In this document: piece by piece, positions 13,500 through 28,131 of the stretch
Numbering within the stretch: the first letter of the stretch is position 1
How the letters are laid out: every line of letters starts with the position of its first letter
Assembly (NCBI GenBank): GCA_964016885.1
Contig: CAXHJY010000462.1
Span: 1 to 64,000, forward strand
Length of the DNA: 64,000 nucleotides
DNA from: Eledone cirrhosa
Taxonomy: Eukaryota
Direction: 5' to 3'
Program-made: the position numbers and the translations under genes
The notes under the pieces: model-generated
Databases searched by the model: none
Told to the model about the DNA's origin: nothing
The model's input: only the letters and a program-made list of their open reading frames with translations

Positions 13500-13660
13500 C
13501 GTTTCGACGGCTAATTGTGGACAGAAATAGCCGTCGAAACGGCTTGAGGTCTGCCGTCGGGGTTAAACTTCTTCCTATTACCCCCTCTACTACCCTAAGT
13601 ATTGAGTACTCTGGTGCGTTATGGTCCATCTGGTTCCTTACCACACCTCCTTCGCTTTAT
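13500..13660 (+). mobile_element. PLE pLTR fragment (same family as 18177-18310) beginning with a fold-back of HHR stem II
   Basis: 13523-13655 closely matches 18177-18310. Inverted repeat cgtttcgacggcta / tagccgtcgaaacg at 13500-13541. Confidence 0.8.
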
Positions 13661-14109
13661 ATATATATATATATATATTTAAAGAGAGAGAAAGAGGGGG
13701 AGACACAGTCAGACAGGGAGAGGAACTGAGAGAAAACGTTAATTCCACAACAATTACTAAACCATACTTGATGACAAGTGTTTCACCTAAAATAGGATGT
13801 TCAACCAATATATGGTTGTAGGTAGTTTTCACTAAAACATACAAGGGTTTAAAATCCTATTGTAAGTGAAACAGGTTTTCTCAAGTATGACTTAGTAACT
13901 GTTCTGGAATTAACATTAGACCGAACTCGTAATTTCGAATGAATACTCTAGTAACTTTCGACATGAACATTCTGATTTTTCAGTACACATTCTCTCTCTA
14001 TATATATATAGTCTCCGGACTACTGTTGGGATTTATGTTTTGAATTGTTTTTCTTGTCCAAACATAGACGAATCACTCACGTGCAGCTAAAGATTGGTTA
14101 GATAGATAA

Positions 14110-14290
14110 TTGTTTCTACTTTTGGCTCAAGGCCAGCAATTATCCAGTGCATTACTGGTACTTTATTTTATCGACCCCGTAAGGATGAAAGGCAAAGTTA
14201 ACCTGGGCGGGATTTGAAATCAGAATGGCAAGGGCCGTAACTCTATGCATCAAAGCATGGCGTCCAACCCTCTACCGATACTGCCAATTC
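14110..14290 (-). mobile_element. tRNA-derived SINE (major family)
   Basis: Reverse complement of the 20925/49685 consensus (tttatcgaccccgtaaggatgaaaggcaaagttaacc). Confidence 0.85.
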
Positions 14291-14304
14291 ATAATGAGAG
14301 ACAT

Positions 14305-15768
14305 ATAGATAGATAGATAGGTAGATAGATAGATAGATAAATGTCTCTATTATCCACAAGGGCACAAACGAAGGGGACAAATACAAATAGGGAGTTTACA
14401 TACAGGTATATGAAAATAAAGCTATTGATAAAATAACAAATAACTGTTTCTACGTTAGGCACAAGGCCAGAAATTACTCAGTGCATTACTGGTATTTTAT
14501 TTTATCGACCCCGTAAGGATGAAAGGCAAAATAACAATTGAAATCCCCACTAGGGGGGAGGCGTTACACGGGTGTTGTACACACCCCGAAAAAATGTACA
14601 ACCCTCTTTTTCCTCAATCTACAAGCTTATATAGAGAGAAGGCCCAACCACTCGGGCCATCATTGCCACATTCGCCCACCTTTTATAAAATTTGCTGAGG
14701 TACAGCACCTCTCTCTCCATCCTGATTTTTCTTCCAAAATGTTATTTGAAAAAACGAATCTGTTGCTGGCCGGAGAGAGAGGTGTCTGACCTCAGCCCTT
14801 TTAAACTCGTCCACCATATAACCTCTTTCACCATAGCCATGACACATAGGAAAACAGCCTCTCCATCGTTTCTGAAGGAGAGTGGCGGTTTGATCATGAC
14901 AATGGACTCGGTGGTCAACTAGATTGGTCCCACCCGCGATAATAGTCATTCTACATAGCCCCACAGGTCGGTAACGCCCGGGAAGTGTACAAATGCGTGC
15001 GCGACGGTTTCCTCGTCACGCACGCAACTGGGGCAGATATTTTTCAAAGGGTCCCTGCCCGCGCGCCCGTGTCTGTAGAACTTGTCTCGAACTGGTAGAG
15101 CTCCTCGGTATCACTGCCAGGCCAGGGACTTTTGGAAGTTGTCCATTGGTCCCGGGCTGAAGGTCCTACCGAACAGACTGGCCAGTTCGTCCTCCTCTAC
15201 GCCTAGAGTTTCTCCGAGCGCGTTGTCGCACTTGCTGCGGACCAACCCTCTATAGAATGTCGAAGTGGAGTCTCCACTGATCGCCGGGTCCGTTTGCCAG
15301 AGGACTGTGAGCGCCTCAGCACATTCGATGTGCCAGTCGCCCAATTTCCTCGGTCTTTGCTTGACCCAGGACTGCAGCTCGGTCAGCGAGACGAGTCGTG
15401 GGCAGGCTCGCCTCACGAACGGGGTCCACACCGGTGAGGAATACGTGGAGGTGCCGCAGCTTGAGCGCGTGTTTGCGCATCATCAGCCACGGCATCCCCC
15501 AGTCCTCCGTTTGGAGGGTGTTGGTAGCAGATGGATCTTCTCACCAAAGGGGGCCCGTTTCTTCCAAATGAATTGGAAGAGCGCGCGCTCCATTTCGGTG
15601 AGCGTTTTGGCTGGACAAGGCACGTCGGTCAAGCGGTAGTAGATGACGGACGCTATAAAAGTGTTCACCACCTCCGCTCGACCTTTCAATGATAGTTTGT
15701 ACCGGCCCACTTCTGGGTGAGCGCAAACACCTTGGCCGACACCTCGTTCCAGTTCTTCTCCACCTGGA
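14305..15768 (-). mobile_element. 5'-truncated L1/Tx1-like LINE 3' portion with (TCTA)n tail; SINE fragment inserted at ~14445-14535
   Basis: Homologous to 54240-55560(+), with KLSLKGRAEVVNTF and a CPxC...H...C zinc-binding region. Ends in (gata)n at 14305-14340. Confidence 0.88.
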
Positions 15769-16750
15769 GATAGATAGATAGATAGATAGTTAGATAGATA
15801 TATTTCTTTATTTGCCACAAGGGCGCACACGAAAAGGGGACAATACAAAGACACATGCCGGGGATTTTACATACAGTCGTGTAAAAATAAATATAAAACA
15901 AACAAACAATTATAACAATTGAAATCCCCAATAGGGGGGAGACGCCACAAATGGGTTGTTTAATACCCCCTCGATAGAACAACGCTCAACTTCGGGAGCG
16001 TGTTGTGCAAGTGCTCCCTTCTTCCTTTTGCTCTTTTCTTTAACCTGCAGGCTTATAAACAGAGAAGGTCCAATCACTCGGGCCATTTTCGCTTCATTCA
16101 CCCACCTTTCAGTAAATTTACTGGGGTGCAGTGCCTCTCTCTCCACTCTGATTCTTCTTTTAAAGTGATACTTAAAGAAGGGAATCAATTGTTGTCCGGA
16201 GAGAAAGGCATTTGTCCTCAGTCCTCTCAATCTCATCCACCATACAACCTCTTTCACCAAACCCACTGTACATAGGAAATCAGCCCCCCTTTTGTTTTTG
16301 AAAGAGGCTGGCGATTTGATCCTTACTATGGACTCGGCAGTCAACTGGATTTGTCCCATACGCAACAGCAGTTGTTCTGCATAGTTCCACGGGTCGCTTA
16401 TGCTCGGGCAGTGTACAATTGCCTGCAAGACGGGTTCAATCTCCTGCTCGCATATTGGACACGTCCTCTTGGAAGGATCACGTCTTCGACGCCTTGAGTC
16501 TCCCCGAGCACGTCGTGGCACTTGTAAAGTACTAACCCTCTATAGCATGTCGAAGTGGAGTCTCCACTGATTGCTGTGCCCGCTTGTGAGCGCCTGGGCG
16601 CATTCAATGTGCCAGGCGCCCATCTTCATCGGTCATCGCTTGAACCAAGACTGCAGCTCCGTCAGCGAGACAAGTTGTGGGAAGACCTGTCTCACAAACG
16701 CTGTCCAAACCAGTTTCGGTGAGGAATACCTGAAGATGCCGTAGCCTCCC
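15769..16750 (-). mobile_element. Second 5'-truncated L1/Tx1-like LINE 3' portion (related subfamily)
   Basis: ORF 15910-16521(-) CPICEQEIEPVLQAIVHC...FFKYHFKRRIRVER. Same 3' UTR (aagggcgcacacgaaaaggggacaatacaaa) and a (gata)n tail at 15769-15800. Confidence 0.88.
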
Positions 16751-16751
16751 C

Positions 16752-18904
<2,153 letters not shown>

Positions 18905-18905
<1 letters not shown>

Positions 18906-19265
18906 CATAAATCATGTCCTTAGAATTATTAGATAAAATATATACAATTTCCTCTCGCAATTAGCATAATTAACCATATAAAAATCAATTAGGCCAGGCT
19001 ATAAGAATAAAGGCTCCTATGAAGTAATATTTAATAAATAACCGAAAGCAGCCTTTTTGCGGTTGACCACAATAGAGTATTTGCCCAACATTTCAACAGC
19101 ATGTAGAAACTGATCAAATATATCGTCAACCATACACAATTAGGTATAAATTTAAAGTTAGAAGAAACGTGCACATACCGTAATTATATCCTTACCATGG
19201 TTTCGTTCGTATTTTGAGATATCCTATTGAGGATAAATCTCGAGTATCGAACTCATCAGGAGTCA
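18905..19265 (-). mobile_element. PLE pLTR-type non-coding element with HHR at 19188-19263
   Basis: Minus strand CTGATGA GTTCG...TATCCT-caat-AGGATA...CGAAC GAA ACCATGGT A, with a weak stem I. The flank agaattattagataaaatat is shared with 30630 and ~57440. Confidence 0.7.
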
Positions 19266-19543
19266 AACTCAATAGGACAGTTCATTTTCAAAAGCGATCC
19301 CGCCAGAAATAGATTTAGAAAATGGCTTAAGAATCGTGACGTGCAGTGCTCAAGTTAGAAAGAATGTGAATAGTTGCTTACGTCGTAGGCTGGTTGCTAG
19401 AAAGCGCAGCCCAATACCGTCCAAATTGCATCTCAACCCAACGGGAGATTATTAAATATAATGATTTACATATACATAAAGTCACATATATACATACATA
19501 TATATATATAAATGAAAGGTATAGAAAACATTGTAGCAAATAG

Positions 19544-19637
<94 letters not shown>

Positions 19638-19647
19638 TTTTTTTTTT

Positions 19648-19905
19648 GTGGAGGCACGCTGCCTAGTGGTAAAGGTGCTGGATTTACGGTTATAATGTCG
19701 TGGGTTTGATTCCTGGGTTGCGTGTTGTGTTCTTGAGCAAAACCCTTCTTTTCAGGTTGTTCCTGTATACTCACCTGAAAATAAGTACCAGCAATAGCTG
19801 GGGGTTTAACCCGGCGATGGACTGGCGTCCTGTCCTGTGGCGAATCCTGTACTCTCATTCGCTTTACGTCATGAAACCGGCCAAATGAGCCTTCTGGCTT
19901 AACAC
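19648..19905 (+). mobile_element. tRNA-derived SINE (second family)
   Basis: A-box-like gcctagtggtaaagg and B-box-like ggtttgattcc, followed by tgttgtgttcttgagcaaaac and gcgatggactggcgtcctgtcc. Confidence 0.75.
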
Positions 19906-20704
19906 AGACTTTAGATATATATACTTTTATGCATGTATGTATGTAAATTGTTAAAACAGAACTCAATTTATGAAGTGGTAGTTTCTCAAGGGTAATTTCT
20001 TCATATGATTATAAATCCACGAGAGTCACAAAATAAATATTCGTGCTTGTGTAAAACCTTTGTGTTCAACATTAACAAATATCACAACAGTTTACAATTT
20101 ATAAAGAAATCATTGTAAACAATGAAAACGTGTGACTCAGTTATTAGGATTTTCGGCTCACGATTGCAATGTCGCGCGCTCGAGTCTTGGGGATGCATTG
20201 TGCTCATGAGCCATAATTCTTTTTTCAAGGTTTGTACCTGTAATTCAAAGGAACACATTTGCCAAGAAATATTTCATGCTGAATTTCCCTTTGAGTTACT
20301 TTAAGAATACACGTATCTGTTAAATATTTTGCAAATTGCACATAAATTTCACTAGCTGGCTGTTTTGTCGTTTGAAATCTGGAGCACTCGTCATGGAAAT
20401 CAATACAAGTTCCAAAATAAGACATCCTCAGTGGAATATATTCACTAGAAATGGAAATGGCGTAAACAATTGTAATAATTTATTGTTTTAGATATTCATA
20501 TGTAGTAAGATTACAACTATAAATATTTGAAGCTAGACACCCTCTGTCCTATTGGGCTCATGAAACAAAAGAAATGTTATCAATAGCTCCGAATATATAT
20601 GCTTACGTTTAAATATCATGGTGTGGTGAACCGCACTATGATTTATGCAGAAAACCTAGTAGAATTCACTGATGTTTCTTTAACATTCATTAATAAATTT
20701 TCTC

Positions 20705-21311
20705 GGGGAGGGTGTCTGGTAGAATCATTAGAAAGTCGAATAAAAATGCTTCCAGGTTTTTGTTCTAGTATATTAAATTTGAGGTCAAATCCCACTGAGA
20801 TCAACTTAGGCACTTTGTTTTTTGGGAGTGACAAAATAAACAACCATTCACTTATAAATGTATTTGCATTCGAATTAGTGTCTTGCAGTGTGGCTAAATT
20901 TAGAAACCATTATTAAATTTCCTCGGCGGTGGATTGGCAGTATTGGTAGAGTGTCGGATGCCATGCTTTGGCGCATAGAGTTACGGCCCTTGCCATTCTG
21001 AGTTCAAATCCCGCCGAGGTTAACTTTGCCTTTCATCCTTACGGGGTCGATAAAATAAAGTACCAGTAATACACTGGGTAATTGCTGGCCTTGTGCCTAA
21101 CGTAGAAATAATTATTAAATTTCCTCGGGCGGTAGATTGGAAGTATCGGTGGAGGGTCGGACGCCATGCTTTCCAGCATAGTTACGTCCCTTTACGATCT
21201 GAGTTCAAATCCCGCCGAGGTTGACTTTGCCTTTCATCCTTACGAGGTCGATAAAATAAAGTACCAGTAATGCACTGGGTAATTGCTGGCCTTGTGCCTA
21301 AAGTAGAAACA
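20705..21311 (+). mobile_element. Three tandem tRNA-derived SINEs (20705-20908 old; 20925-21110 and 21128-21311 young)
   Basis: Repeated gagttcaaatcccgccgagg...ttgcctttcatccttac.gggtcgataaaataaagtacc...ttgctggccttgtgcc, separated by attattaaatttcctcgg. Confidence 0.9.
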
Positions 21312-22734
21312 ATTATTAAATTTCCTCGGGTTGAGGGTTTCAGTCATAAGCTTAGGTTTCGTTGACCGACAAGCTGCATATCACAAGTAGTGGAAGTATC
21401 AACCACTGTTCGATATGTTTATCATTGAACCTTAGTGTTGGAAACTTCTGACATTCTTACTTCCCGAAATATTTCCTAAATCCCTACCCTCTTAATGGAG
21501 AAAGCAATATGCACGTTTGAATGACACTTTAAGCGCATCTCCTTTGGCGCATTACGGAATAAGAATGTTTCAATTCTATCTTTTGTGACCATGAGGCAAC
21601 ATCCACCTGACGATCTGCACGCCAGAGAGGCTGAGTGACAAAACATGACATTCCCTTAATTGTTCCTGTTGTTACCGTTGACCACTACATACACACATAC
21701 ATACATGCATATATACATACGTATATACATAGCTACATACATACATGCATACACACATACATACACTGTAAAAAGATACATCATTAGTACGGATTCATTT
21801 AGATAAAAATGCTGATAGAAGCATTTTAGTTTTAAATAAACACTTTAATCCTTTCGTTATCATAGTTCAACTGACTTTGGGTCTATTATCTTCTTGAAGC
21901 CAACAACAGTAGATAGCTACCGGTTCAAGTTTTCACAATAATCTTTCAAATCAACTGTAATCGTAGAGATGAAACCATAAAAGGTTCCCCTACCAGTAAT
22001 ATTCACAATGTGCTTACAACTACCATATCATATTCTTGTTATTGCTGATAACACCAAAAACAGCAGTAACATATTATATATACAAATTGAATCAAATTTG
22101 TTTATACAAGGCCTGGTGAGAAATAATGTAGAGCGAACTATTAATTCATTTTACTAATTCTTTACATAGCTGGCCATCCTACTCATTGGCTTATGTGTAT
22201 ATTACAACATATGGATTGGAAATTACATTTTATTTGAGACATGGTGATACGAGATGCCTGTTATTTGCTTAATATTTTTCTTGTGTTGCACAAGAAGGTA
22301 TCTTGTCAATAAATATTTATTCAGTTACTGGGAGTCATAATAAAATATACATTTTCTCCGTTCTAAACGCTGATATTTCCTGATGTTTATATTCACTGCA
22401 TTTAGGAAATACTACTGCTTGTTGTTGTTGTTTTTGTTGTTCTCGAAATTGTGGTTGCTGTCGTCGCCGTTATGTTGTTGTCGCTGTTGTTGGGGTTTTG
22501 ATAAATGGATATACACAAGTATATATTTGCTTGAGTAAAGTGACATCTATGATAAGAAACACACACATACAGACGTGCTAAAGCTACCACATGTTCACAC
22601 ACATATATGTATGCACAAAAGCGCAGACAAAAACACACATATTCAGAGGTACACATACTCACCAAAGTACATATATATATATATATATATATATGTTGGG
22701 GATGTTAGGGAGGTGTATGTATGTGTGTGTGCCC

Positions 22735-23660
<926 letters not shown>

Positions 23661-24083
23661 GCACAGATGTGTATGGATGGGTAGTGTGTGTCTGTGTGTA
23701 AATATGTGTGTATGGCTGTTTCTGTACAAACCACATCGAATTCTATATTAGTATACATCGACATTACTATATTCATGACCATATAGGAGGAAATGAATCA
23801 CATGAATTCAATCGACAAGTCGACTAGGATGTACATTAATATATATTTATGCATTTATAAGGCATATTTTGCTGGCTATTAGTCCTGAAGTATTGTTTTC
23901 AGTCTAAATCCCGTAATGAATATTTGTCGTAAACTTGCGTGTCCAATGTTTCTCAGAGAAGAAAATGATCCACGCAAAATTGGTGTGCGGCATAATACAT
24001 GCCAAGTAATATGATTGATGTTTTCATTCAAAACAGTTATTAGAGGAAGTGCAAATTGAAGTGTCCATGTATGCATGCATTAC

Positions 24084-24151
<68 letters not shown>

Positions 24152-24169
24152 AAACTGATGTTAAATATG

Positions 24170-24209
<40 letters not shown>

Positions 24210-24685
24210 CATATTTAACATCCGTTTCCTCATATAGCAGGATCTGGGTCAAACCCATTGGCCAGGCCGATACACTGGTCTCGTAGTTGGTACATGTGGG
24301 GATTATCACACACACATTGTATACTAGGTGAATTTTTTTTCATGACTGTAGCACTATAAAGACTGAAATCTCACGGACACGACTAAGTAGTCATATGAAA
24401 ACCTTTTTGCTATGGTTCCCACAGCTGAATAGTCATTATATTACTAACCACGTCACAGTTTCAACTGTGTTCAACGATTAAGGCTTGATCATTAACGAGT
24501 GTGTCGGGACATGACTGAAGTACCTCCTTAATCCATATTTAGCATGTTTTCTTCTGCTGGAATGCATTATAAAAAAATATATATATATATAAAGTATATA
24601 TACAGCCGGATCAATTGGAGTGGATTGCTCCTGACAGGAACCTCTCGCAGGCATGTTCGATGACTCTGTCCACAAGACTCTTCCA

Positions 24686-24862
24686 GAAGAAGAAGAAGAA
24701 GAAGAAGAAGAAGAAGAAGAAGAAGAAGAAGAAGAAGAAGAAGAAGAAGAAGAAGAAGAAGAAGAAGAAGAAGAAGAAGAAGAAGAAGAAGAAGAAGAAG
24801 AAGAAGAAGAAGAAGAAGAAGAAGAAGAAGAAGAAGAAGAAGAAGAAGAAGAAGAAGAAGAA
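24686..24862 (+). repeat. Uninterrupted (GAA)n tract, ~59 units
   Basis: Direct reading. Confidence 0.98.
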
Positions 24863-26538
24863 CGAGGATGTGTAGGATGGGACGATTAGGGAGGGGGGCG
24901 ATGAGGAGGAGGATAAGAGGTTAGGAGATTAACGGGTGAAAATATCCTCCGGTGAAGAATGTCCATGGGAATTGTACCTAGAATATTGCCTACTGGGATA
25001 CAAACCTGGGCCAAGTTGCTTTTGGAAGACCAGAAGTCACTCATGCATACCAGGTACCTCTCTCCCCATCACCCATATTTTCCAAGACAAATGCAATGTC
25101 CGATACATCTTGGCACCAGTGACGTCGCAAATCATTTCTACCACAAGGTGAACTGGAGCAACGTGAATCTTCCTGTATCAGACAACATGGACTTACAAGC
25201 TGACAATTGTAAACCAAACGTTCTATCCAAAAGCCATACGTCTTCATTTACCCTTTATAATGTCTTGAGTACACTATCACAACATATTGTGTCTTTTATA
25301 ATTATATATTAATAGAAGAAACAATATCTATTGAGAACTGAAGACATTTAGACGTCTGAGTTTGTGAACAAATGTTTGTAATCTTATTGGATTTTGTTTT
25401 GGAACTTACATAACTTCTATTTCAAGGAAACATTGTATAACTCTTAACATAATTTAGCAAGAATTATTTTGTAATAACTTTCATAATTTAAATGTTTACA
25501 GTGAACATTTACTCGTGGATCATCATTAACGTAATGTAATCATAATTCTATAGATTGAATATGTAATATATTTTATTAACTCTAAACGTCATTTAACATA
25601 TAAAAGCAGGTTTGGTAATTCAATTATTTCTAGTGTATTTCCTGACGGACAGATCTTTCTAAAAATTTGCAGAATTCGTATTAAGACATTAATGTGCAGT
25701 AATCAAAGTCAGAAATGTCTTCATAATGCAGATTCCTTTTCTTTCTTCGACAGTTTAGAGTATTTATACTACTGAACAGAATGTTGGAATATTTTGCAGT
25801 GTTACAGAAAAGCCTGAAATTTTTCTGTAACACTGAAATGTGGTGCAGTCAATTAAGCTAACAACATTTATGGGTGTTAATTGACTTTTCTCATTCTGTT
25901 AGGGTTTAGCAGAAAATATCTAACAATGAGATTATTTCAAAGAGTAAATTTACTTGTAGACAAATCAGTGAAAACATTTTTTTTTATTGGTGTAAAACAT
26001 TACGTTTAGTGGGATGCAGTCAGGCTGCTATTTTGTCGTTTCATAAATCTCTGGGAAATGCAATTTCAGATGAAGTTACATAATTTTTTCTGTGTTATTT
26101 GACATGCATATATAATTATTCACTAAATTGTTACACTAATATAGAGAAACGCTGTAGTATCAGTAATTGTTTCTTCCAGCCGCTATTAGTAGCCAGTTAT
26201 ACTTAATTTTTCAGTAGATTGTTTTACTAGTAATTAGAAAAGTTGCACAATTATTCTATATTCACGAACGTCTGATGTATTCTGTTAGGTATATTTAGAA
26301 AGCTTTCTTTACGATGGTCCTTGCAAATACACATAATCTCATGTACGCACCTAAACATACACACAACAGACACACACACACACACATACATATATATATA
26401 TATGTTATATATTCTTCTATTAACATTACAAAGTGTCAGATCGATTCAGATTGAACCTTGAGCTGGTCAGTGGCGAAACGCGCATCACAAACCAATAAAA
26501 GTAATGAAGGAGTAACCAATCGTCCTTGTTATCTTATT

Positions 26539-26581
<43 letters not shown>

Positions 26582-27082
26582 ACACACTACCACTGCTGCA
26601 GTTATAGTCACCAAGAAGGAGAAAAAGAGAGAAAGCGATAAACAAACATGTGAACTTTTAATATATATGTATCTAAACCATGTTATTTCATACCATATCC
26701 TTAGTAATATACAGCTTAACTCCATTTTGAATTTTATTATAAATTTTATTATACACTTACGTAGCATGAAGAAGCCCACATGGCTGATAAATTACTTTTT
26801 GTAAATAAATGTGTTGCTGTGGTTCTATGAGAAAATCCCATTAGCATTTTTACTGGTCTTTTTTCTTTATACTATTATCTATATCAACATTCTAAATATA
26901 TAGATATATAATAGAAAAAACGAGGAAGTTTCGTTTGCATATGAAATATATTTATTGAGTATCGACCTAGGGATTGATTCATGGTGATCCATAGGAGTTA
27001 TGGACCGGAACCCAGTATCAATCTGCTGCTCGTACTGGTGATGCGACAAAATATATATTTTTGTTGTGATATATGGACCGAG

Positions 27083-27131
<49 letters not shown>

Positions 27132-27192
27132 ATTACCCCTATTTTTTGGTGTGATTGGTGGGGCAGCAATATATGTATATGCATATATATAT

Positions 27193-27229
<37 letters not shown>

Positions 27230-27230
27230 C

Positions 27231-27266
<36 letters not shown>

Positions 27267-27404
27267 GTGAAAAGATCGAGCGCTCACCCTGGTGAACCTA
27301 CAGTAACTCCAAGTTACACTCCCTGGATATATGTATATATATCATCATCATCGTTTTACGTCCGCTCTGCCCAGCTTGCAAGATATATATGTATATATAT
27401 ATTT

Positions 27405-28078
27405 TTTAGTTATTGCTCGCACCAACCTGATGTATATGATTTTTAATGCGATGAATTATCAATGATGGTTGGCAAATCACTGACGAAGGACTATTTTTAT
27501 CATATGTAACCCATGTGCAACCACGCAGTATTCTTCTTTCTTCTCGTGTTTTTTATATATATTTACCTCAGCTGCGTTTGTCTGTTTCTCTCTTACTGCT
27601 TCCCCGCTCTCTTTGTTTCTCTCACCTTCTTTCGCCCCCTCTGTCAGTTACACTTTCTCTCGACTGACCTCTTCCTCGCACTTCCACTCACTCACTCTCT
27701 GTTTCTCCCCTTCTCACTTCCTACCGTTTGGCTAGCAGTGGGTTCTCTTCTTGCTCACATCTCACTCACGTCGGACGGTCTGTATCTTGATCGCTCATGA
27801 AATCCACCCAGCTTATGCTGACCGGATAACCATGTTGCTTGTTTATTCCCATCTTTGCGTTGCTTTCATCTTTCTGAGTTGTTTACTTGTCTCACTCGCT
27901 TTACGCGATTTACTTGTCCCAATACCTTTTTTTTAGTTATTGCTCGCACCAACCTGAGGTATCTGATTTTTAATGCGATGAAATATCAATGATGGTTGGC
28001 AAATCACTGACGAAGGACTATTTTTATCATATGTAACCCATGTGCAACCACGCAGTATTCTTCTTTCTTCTCATGTTT

Positions 28079-28080
<2 letters not shown>
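27405..28080 (+). mobile_element. Non-coding repeat with partial tandem duplication (27405-27555 = 27932-28080); third copy at 58270-58680(-)
   Basis: Near-identical ttagttattgctcgcaccaacctga...aatcactgacgaaggac...catgtgcaaccacgcagtattc blocks, each ending at (TA)n as pLTRs do. Confidence 0.75.

Positions 28081-28123
<43 letters not shown>

Positions 28124-28131
<8 letters not shown>

Noticed and set aside
19648-19720. Possible tRNA gene
   Set aside because: A/B boxes run into a SINE body, and no convincing cloverleaf or terminator is present.
20689-21329. Regularly spaced 18-bp direct repeats resembling a CRISPR array
   Set aside because: The spacers are ~185-bp homologous SINEs, the context is eukaryotic, and there are no cas genes.
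24615-24889. Poly-Lys / poly-Glu ORFs
   Set aside because: Produced by the (GAA)n tract, with no splice or domain evidence.
24936-25312. Non-repetitive ORFs as possible host exons (also 2211-2510, 5270-5485, 20122-20425)
   Set aside because: No recognisable domain or convincing splice pattern; would need BLASTX or RNA-seq.
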